From Candidatus Entotheonellaceae bacterium (GTDB lineage: Bacteria > Tectomicrobia > Entotheonellia > Entotheonellales > Entotheonellaceae): 64,000 bases of DNA. Both the position numbers and the translations under genes were made by a program. Below, one piece after another: positions 58,553-64,000 of this stretch. Location of the stretch: the NCBI GenBank assembly GCA_965238075.1, contig OZ250173.1:2080001-2144000 (forward strand). The letters are read 5' to 3'. Each line of letters starts with the position of its first letter. Within the stretch, counting starts at the first letter, position 1. The notes beneath the pieces are model-generated. The model did no database searches. It was not told where the DNA came from and was given only the letters and a program-made list of their open reading frames with translations.

Positions 58553-59112
58553 CTGACGCGCGACACGTACCGGCCATCCGTCGTGTCCACGCGCACCACG
58601 TCGCCGTCTTTGACGAACTGTGGCACCTGGACCACCAGGCCGGTTTCCAGGGTGGCGGGTTTCATCGACGCGCTGGCCGTGGCGCCGCGCAGGGCGGGTT
58701 CGGTGGTGCTGACTGTCAAATCCACCGTTGTCGGCAGGGTGACGCCGATGACGGTACTCTCGAACGTGTCCACGGTCGTCCGCGTGTTGGGCAGCAGGTA
58801 AGGCAGACTGTTTTCCAGCAAATCCTTGTGCATGTTGATCTGCTCGTAGGTCTCGGGGTGCATGAAGACGTACTCGTCGCCGTCGGCGTAGAGGTATTCC
58901 ATTTCCTGCGACTCAACGGTCACCCGCTCCACCCGGTCGGTGCTGCGCAGTCGTTTTTCCACCTTGCTGCCGCTGGCGAGGTTGCGCATCGTCGTCTGCA
59001 TGGCCCCGCGCACGTTGCCGGGCGCCACGTGATGCGTCTTCATGACACGAAACAGGGCGCCGTCGATCTGCAGAATCATCCCCGTTCGCACCTGGGTTAC
59101 CGAAATCAACAT
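58549..59112 (-). CDS. efp: Translation elongation factor P (Asn-tip variant)
   Basis: YLY.DGDEYVFM.PETYEQ, KPATLETG..VQVP.F...GD...VDT..G.YVSR; loop HVAPGNVRG. Confidence 0.93.
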   Translation of the reverse strand: MLISVTQVRTGMILQIDGALFRVMKTHHVAPGNVRGAMQTTMRNLASGSKVEKRLRSTDRVERVTVESQEMEYLYADGDEYVFMHPETYEQINMHKDLLENSLPYLLPNTRTTVDTFESTVIGVTLPTTVDLTVSTTEPALRGATASASMKPATLETGLVVQVPQFVKDGDVVRVDTTDGRYVSRVS

Positions 59113-59227
59113 CGTTCAAAGCTCCTCAAAAGGAATGACAAAAGAGACGTTGGCGTCTGCAGCTTCTCTGAATACCCGGACTACACTGCTCCGGTCTTAA
59201 CGCGCGCGGCCGGCCGATGCCCACGGC

Positions 59228-60223
59228 CTATCCCCAAGTGGCAAACCCCATCGCACAGCCGGTGCCGGCCGGTGAACGGTAGCATGGCACGTAGTCGACT
59301 ACGTCCATGTCCAGATGCTCCACGGCGCCGGTTACCACGATCCAGTTCCGTATTTCGGAGCTGCCCGAGTTGATCTTCTGCCGGGGCAGCGCGGACAACT
59401 GGTCGACGCTCTTGGCCTTCATGCCCGCCAGCGCCTGCTGGTCCAGTTCCTCATCGACTACAAAGTGGCTCAGCCCGCCGGATGCCAGGATACCCACCCG
59501 GATGTCCTTCGGCCACGATTCGATGGCGGACTTCAGGGCCTGTCCCAGGTTATAGCATCGTTTGGGGGTTGGCTGATTGGGCGGGTAGTAGGCGTTGAGC
59601 ATCACGGGCACGGTGGGGATCGTAGCGCCGGTCATCAGGCGGTTATAGACATATCCGAAGGCGTGCCCAATGCCGCCTTTGGTCCGCCCGCCGCGGCTTG
59701 GGTCCAGGAAACTGGAACACCCCACGTCAAACTCGGCATCCATCAGGCTTTCGATGATGTGGCGGCCCAGCGCTGAGTCGGTGGGCGCAATCTGATCATC
59801 GGTGTTGTAGCCAATCAGCAACCGGTTGCCAGTCGAGGGACCCGCCGCGTGTCCGACAATCTTCACCTCGTCTCCCCAATATACGCAGAAGGCGGGCATA
59901 TTGTCGTCCAGCAGGTATTCGTGCTGGTCATCCCCCACCATCACCAGCACGTCCAAACGGGCGTCGTACATCCTTTTGGACAGATGCGCGATAGCCTTCT
60001 GGTTCTGCTGGTGTCGTTGCTCGAACTTGGCCAGGGTTATCTCTTTGGCGATACGGTCCGTGTCGATCCGAGCCAGCAGATCCTCGTAGTTGGAGGTGAT
60101 ACCGTCGGTGCCTACCAACTCGGGGTTGCCCTTATCCCGCTCGCCTCGGCCGGCCCAACCATCGGCGGGCGTGCTGAGTTGAGGGCTATGGGAAGATGCC
60201 AAACCCAATACGAGCTCTGCCAT
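59228..60223 (-). CDS. Extradiol ring-cleavage dioxygenase class III, LigB-like
   Basis: SSHSP, VGDDQHE, GIGHAF, YYPPNQPTPKRC, ASGGLSHFVVDE, SGSSEIRNW. Confidence 0.85.
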   Translation of the reverse strand: MAELVLGLASSHSPQLSTPADGWAGRGERDKGNPELVGTDGITSNYEDLLARIDTDRIAKEITLAKFEQRHQQNQKAIAHLSKRMYDARLDVLVMVGDDQHEYLLDDNMPAFCVYWGDEVKIVGHAAGPSTGNRLLIGYNTDDQIAPTDSALGRHIIESLMDAEFDVGCSSFLDPSRGGRTKGGIGHAFGYVYNRLMTGATIPTVPVMLNAYYPPNQPTPKRCYNLGQALKSAIESWPKDIRVGILASGGLSHFVVDEELDQQALAGMKAKSVDQLSALPRQKINSGSSEIRNWIVVTGAVEHLDMDVVDYVPCYRSPAGTGCAMGFATWG

Positions 60224-60278
60224 TGTTCGACTCCCTCTACCTGCTGAAACGCAGTCGATCTTCCAATGGATGCTGGGT

Positions 60279-60668
60279 TCAGCTCAACTCCGCGATCGCT
60301 TCGATCTCCACGTCCAAGCCGTCCTCGGCCAGCGCGGTGATCTCCACCAACGTGTTGGCCGGATAGTCACCCTGGAAATACTCGGCGAACAACGCTTCCT
60401 GTTCCTCCTGATGCGCCCGCCAGTCGGAGATGCTGGTTACGAAAGTCGTGATTTTCACGATGTCGGAGGTTGCTCCACCCTCTTCTTTCATGATCCGGGC
60501 GATACGGTCCAGGGTTACCCGCAATTGTTCCATCGCCGGTTTGCCTTGGGCCTCAGTGCCGCGGGCGGTGCAGCCGGAGATGAACAGCAGGTTGCCAACC
60601 CGCACGCCGCGGCTGTAGGTAGGCCCGGCGGGGGCGATATCCGGGTAGTTCTTTCTGATTTTCTCCAT
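60279..60668 (-). CDS. RidA/YjgF/UK114 family protein
   Basis: YSRGVRVGNLLFISG, DIVKITTFV, PANTLVEITAL...VEIEAIA. The catalytic Arg position appears to be Asn. Confidence 0.9.
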   Translation of the reverse strand: MEKIRKNYPDIAPAGPTYSRGVRVGNLLFISGCTARGTEAQGKPAMEQLRVTLDRIARIMKEEGGATSDIVKITTFVTSISDWRAHQEEQEALFAEYFQGDYPANTLVEITALAEDGLDVEIEAIAELS

Positions 60669-60844
60669 GCTTCGTCTCCCAAAGTTTCCGTTCCAAAGGC
60701 CAAGCGTCCACAATTCGTTGCCGCATTAAGGATACATCCAACACCTGCGCCAGGCCCGTCCCGAACGGTAGCCGTCAGGCCAGACGCCAGCGCGGTCCTG
60801 CTCCGCTTCTCACGCGTACCCACTTTAAACCAATCTGCCCCTTG

Positions 60845-60961
60845 GTCATTGCGAAGAGCGCAGTCCGCCTCAGACGGATGGCAATCCCGTTGGGGCAGCG
60901 CATACCTGTAGGGCGAAGTATTCCCGCCGCAATGAGATTGCCGCGCTACGCCCGCAATGAC
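60845..60961. repeat. CGTC-type REP doublet (REPIN) with nested hairpin
   Basis: GTCATTGCG...GGCAATC and GATTGCC...CGCAATGAC inverted arms. TCCGCCTCAGACGGA interrupts the left arm. Confidence 0.7.
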
Positions 60962-61181
60962 GGATTAGACCGGGTACGCGTGAGTGCCCCGCGTATGTTG
61001 ACGAACGGCCGGGTTTTGCACAACATAAGACCATCAGCGGCTCGCTTTGAGCCTTGTCGGAAGCAACATTGCGCCCGAGTCATGCCGATTTCACGGCCGC
61101 GATTTCTGGATTCGTCGAGCCTCGACCGCACGCGGCTATTCCACGCCCACCGCTCAGTCCTCCCAACACAGGAGAAGGAAC

Positions 61182-62204
61182 ATGTCCCAAGACAAGAGAA
61201 TCTACGTCGGGATGCACGATGGCGTTTGCGCTGTTTTTAGCGGAGACGGCGGAAAAACCTGGAAACAAGGCCCCGTAACGCCTTTGGCACATGCCGCGGC
61301 CCGATTGACAGCAAGCCCCGCTGTTCCCCAGCGCGCATACCTGGCGGCGTACGAGGCCGGCGTCTACCGCACGGATGACGGCGGGTTGACGTGGAACCAC
61401 CTGGGCTCCTATCCCACCGACTATGCGCACAGCGTGCTGGCTCACCCTGCCGAAGCAGACACCGTATACGTGGGCAGTGAACCGGCGGCCGTGTTTCGTT
61501 CGTCGGACGGCGGCATCACCTGGGAGGAATTTGGCGGCTTTCGCGCCGTGCCGGAATCGACCGATTGGGGATTCCATGCGCCAACCCGCGACGCCCACGT
61601 CCGTGACCTGCGCCTCGCTCCCAACGACTCCAATTGTATGTACGCCGGCATCGAAGTCGGCGGCATGGTGTGTTCCCGCGACGGCGGCATCAGCTGGAAG
61701 CAACTGTCCGGGCTGGACGACGACATCCACTGCGTGAACCTCAGCAGCGACCGACCCAGCAGCGTCTACGTCGCCACGGCCAGCGCCCCTTACCGCTCCG
61801 ACGACGGCGGTAGCGCGTGGGAGCTGATAAACACCGGACTGGAGCGCCGGTACGCCCTGCACATCGCGGCGGCTCCCGACGCCGCCGACCTGGTGCTGGT
61901 TACGGTATCCTCCAGCGCCAGGCGCAGCAATCCCCAGTTCTACCGGTCCACCGACGGCGGCCGCAGTTGGAAGTTGGTCGAAGGACTCGGGGCCGGCGAC
62001 AATCCTGAAGACATGGTTGTGGCCTTCGAGTGGGATCCGCAGGATTCGGATGTGGTGTATGCCGGCACCGACGGCGGCGGATTGTACTGCAGCCATGACC
62101 GTGGCGTTTCCTGGAATGCATTACCCGTGCACCTGCCGACCGTTGCCGTAGGCGCCCTGGCGGTGAGCGAACGGATAAACCTGCCGGGTCGCCGCGTGGC
62201 GTGA
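61182..62204 (+). CDS. Cytoplasmic BNR/Asp-box repeat beta-propeller protein
   Basis: Seven S/TxDxGxxW-type boxes; no signal peptide; AGGAG RBS. Confidence 0.85.
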   Translation: MSQDKRIYVGMHDGVCAVFSGDGGKTWKQGPVTPLAHAAARLTASPAVPQRAYLAAYEAGVYRTDDGGLTWNHLGSYPTDYAHSVLAHPAEADTVYVGSEPAAVFRSSDGGITWEEFGGFRAVPESTDWGFHAPTRDAHVRDLRLAPNDSNCMYAGIEVGGMVCSRDGGISWKQLSGLDDDIHCVNLSSDRPSSVYVATASAPYRSDDGGSAWELINTGLERRYALHIAAAPDAADLVLVTVSSSARRSNPQFYRSTDGGRSWKLVEGLGAGDNPEDMVVAFEWDPQDSDVVYAGTDGGGLYCSHDRGVSWNALPVHLPTVAVGALAVSERINLPGRRVA

Positions 62205-62223
62205 TGACGGCCCGTGAGCACGC

Positions 62224-62370
62224 ATCAATCGTCGCCTCCTGATGGCTGCACGTGAGCCGAGGGGCGAAAGGCCAGCCCCTCGGCCGGCATCATCGACAGC
62301 CAATCGGTCAAGACCACCGAAAGCGGCGGCGCACGGGGTTTTGATGCAGGCAAGACAAGGGCCGCACAGG
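62224..62370 (+). mobile_element. Degenerate IS5-family transposase fragment
   Basis: Across a frameshift it reads [44 protein letters not shown], the conserved first-Asp region of IS5 DDE transposases. Confidence 0.8.
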
Positions 62371-62513
62371 ATCGCCGAAGTCGCGGGATGACGATCTTCG
62401 TTTCGGTTTGTAAACTGCCCAGTGATTAGGTTACATATTCACGGATGATCCTTAGGCTTTCGCCACAGGGGCCTCGAACGCTTGTTTGAGACGGGTGACC
62501 GGAGGTTACGGAA

Positions 62514-64000
62514 ATGACGGATAGCTTCTTTGACCGACCGATCCTGAATTCGCCCTACGAGTACCCATCACGCCATTGGGAACTCGATGAGAGCGGTCAG
62601 CCTACGAGCCGAATCCTCGATCATCGTCGCCGCGTCTCGTTCATCACGCCGATCCCGAAGCCTAAAAAGAGTAAGCTGAGTCAGCGCGAACTGGTCTTCG
62701 ACGAGGCCGCGCAGAAGCTCGCCACCGAGAGCCAGCAATATGATTTGACGGAAATTATCAACAGCGTTCGCCACGCCGTCGATAGCTGGCGGGCGCTGCC
62801 GGATTCCGCCCAATGGCGCGTGACTCCCGAGACGGCCCGTCTGCTGCGGCACTGGCGCCATCACGAATTCAACAGTTTCCGCCCCTTCTTCTGTCAGGTC
62901 GAAGCGGTGGAGACCGTGATCTGGCTGACCGAGGTCGCGCCCACCCTGGGTGCCGCCGGCAAGCGGTTTCTCGAACATCTGGATGCAGTAAACGAACAGG
63001 CGAACCCGGAGCTCGCCCGGCTGGCGCTGAAGCTTGCCACCGGCGCCGGCAAGACCACCGTCATGGCTATGCTGATCGCCTGGCAGACGATCAACGCGAT
63101 CCGCCACCCCAACAGCCGGCGCTTCACCCGCGGCTTCCTGGTCGTCACCCCCGGCATCACCATCAAGGACCGCCTTCGCGTGCTCCAGCCCAACGACCCG
63201 GACAGCTACTACCAAAGCCGGGAGCTGGTTCCCGACGACATGCTCGGCGATGTCGACCGGGCGAAGATCGTCATCACCAACTTCCACGCCTTCAAGCCCA
63301 GGGAGACGATGGCCGTCTCGAAGGGAGGCCGTGACCTTCTCCAAGGGCGCGGCCCCGAGCTGCGCTCGCTGGAGACCACGGGCCAGATGCTCCAGCGCGT
63401 CATGCCGCAGCTCATGGGCATGAAAAACGTCATGGTGTTGAACGACGAGGCGCATCACTGCTACCGCGAGAAGCCCGGGGCAGACGACGAAGGCGACCTG
63501 AAAGGCGACGACCGCGAGGAGGCCAAAAAGAACTGGGAAGCGGCCCGGCTCTGGATATCCGGGCTGGAGGCGGTCGGCCGGAAACTCGGCCTCAACCGTG
63601 TGATCGATCTCTCGGCGACGCCGTTCTTCCTGCGCGGTTCGGGCTACGCCGAAGGAACGCTCTTTCCCTGGACCCTGTGCGATTTCTCGCTCATGGACGC
63701 GATCGAATGCGGCATCGTCAAGCTGCCCCGGGTGCCGGTAGCCGACAACATCCCGGGCGGCGACATGCCGAAATTCCGCAACCTGTGGGATCACATTGGC
63801 AAGGAGATGCCGAAGAAGGGCCGCGGCAAGGCGTCCGATCTTGATCCGCTCAAGATTCCGGTTACGCTCCAGACGGCGCTGGAAGCCCTCTACGGCCACT
63901 ACGCGGAGACGTTCGAGCTTTGGCGCAAGGCGAACATCGACGTCCCGCCCTGCTTCATCGTGGTCTGCAACAACACATCCACCTCGAAGCTGGTCTATGA
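62514..64000 (+). CDS. Type III-like restriction endonuclease Res subunit (SF2 helicase, BPTD_3080-like); runs off the window end
   Basis: Not in the ORF track. GGAGG RBS; MTDSFFDRPILNSPYEYPSRHWELD, RPFFCQVEAVET, LKLATGAGKT (Walker A), LNDEAHHCY (DEAH), DLSATPF, DAIECGIVKLPRVP. Confidence 0.9.
   Translation, partial: MTDSFFDRPILNSPYEYPSRHWELDESGQPTSRILDHRRRVSFITPIPKPKKSKLSQRELVFDEAAQKLATESQQYDLTEIINSVRHAVDSWRALPDSAQWRVTPETARLLRHWRHHEFNSFRPFFCQVEAVETVIWLTEVAPTLGAAGKRFLEHLDAVNEQANPELARLALKLATGAGKTTVMAMLIAWQTINAIRHPNSRRFTRGFLVVTPGITIKDRLRVLQPNDPDSYYQSRELVPDDMLGDVDRAKIVITNFHAFKPRETMAVSKGGRDLLQGRGPELRSLETTGQMLQRVMPQLMGMKNVMVLNDEAHHCYREKPGADDEGDLKGDDREEAKKNWEAARLWISGLEAVGRKLGLNRVIDLSATPFFLRGSGYAEGTLFPWTLCDFSLMDAIECGIVKLPRVPVADNIPGGDMPKFRNLWDHIGKEMPKKGRGKASDLDPLKIPVTLQTALEALYGHYAETFELWRKANIDVPPCFIVVCNNTSTSKLVY

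Overview
This is a GC-rich, gene-dense bacterial chromosomal segment with no CRISPR array, rRNA or tRNA. Its gene content tentatively suggests a Candidatus Tectomicrobia/Entotheonella-like or deltaproteobacterial lineage, possibly a sponge symbiont (low confidence). The backbone carries tatA, uup, a long-form ispG, PPi-type pfk, acpS, msrB, efp, mobA, nfeD/SPFH and a Dpp/Opp-type ABC transporter. It also has many catabolic enzymes (P450, FAA-hydrolase family, crotonase, MetE-II, LigB-like, RidA) and a DUF1302-DUF1329-YCF48-MMPL envelope transport operon. Two redox modules are present: a tungsten-type aldehyde oxidoreductase operon and an NAD-linked formate dehydrogenase with a NuoE-NuoF fusion. 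The most notable hidden feature is a selenoprotein that the ORF track splits in two. It is a UGSC-family protein (30849-31373, minus strand) with an in-frame UGA, the motif D-U-G-S-C-T-T-C, and a perfect 9-bp hairpin just downstream of the UGA. It lies in a three-gene operon with its uncharacterised partner protein and a ThDP-dependent lyase/decarboxylase, which may form an undescribed selenium-dependent catabolic system. Small accessory islands sit at operon ends: HicBA plus a HipA-like kinase/HIRAN pair, a SEC-C protein plus an McrC remnant, a lipidated S8 protease with a beta-barrel-like tail, and an IS5 remnant plus a type III-like restriction enzyme. Three accessory genes each carry a single-base frameshift. 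Several families of REP/REPIN-like palindromes occur; some are nested, some supply stop codons, and one sits in frame inside ispG.
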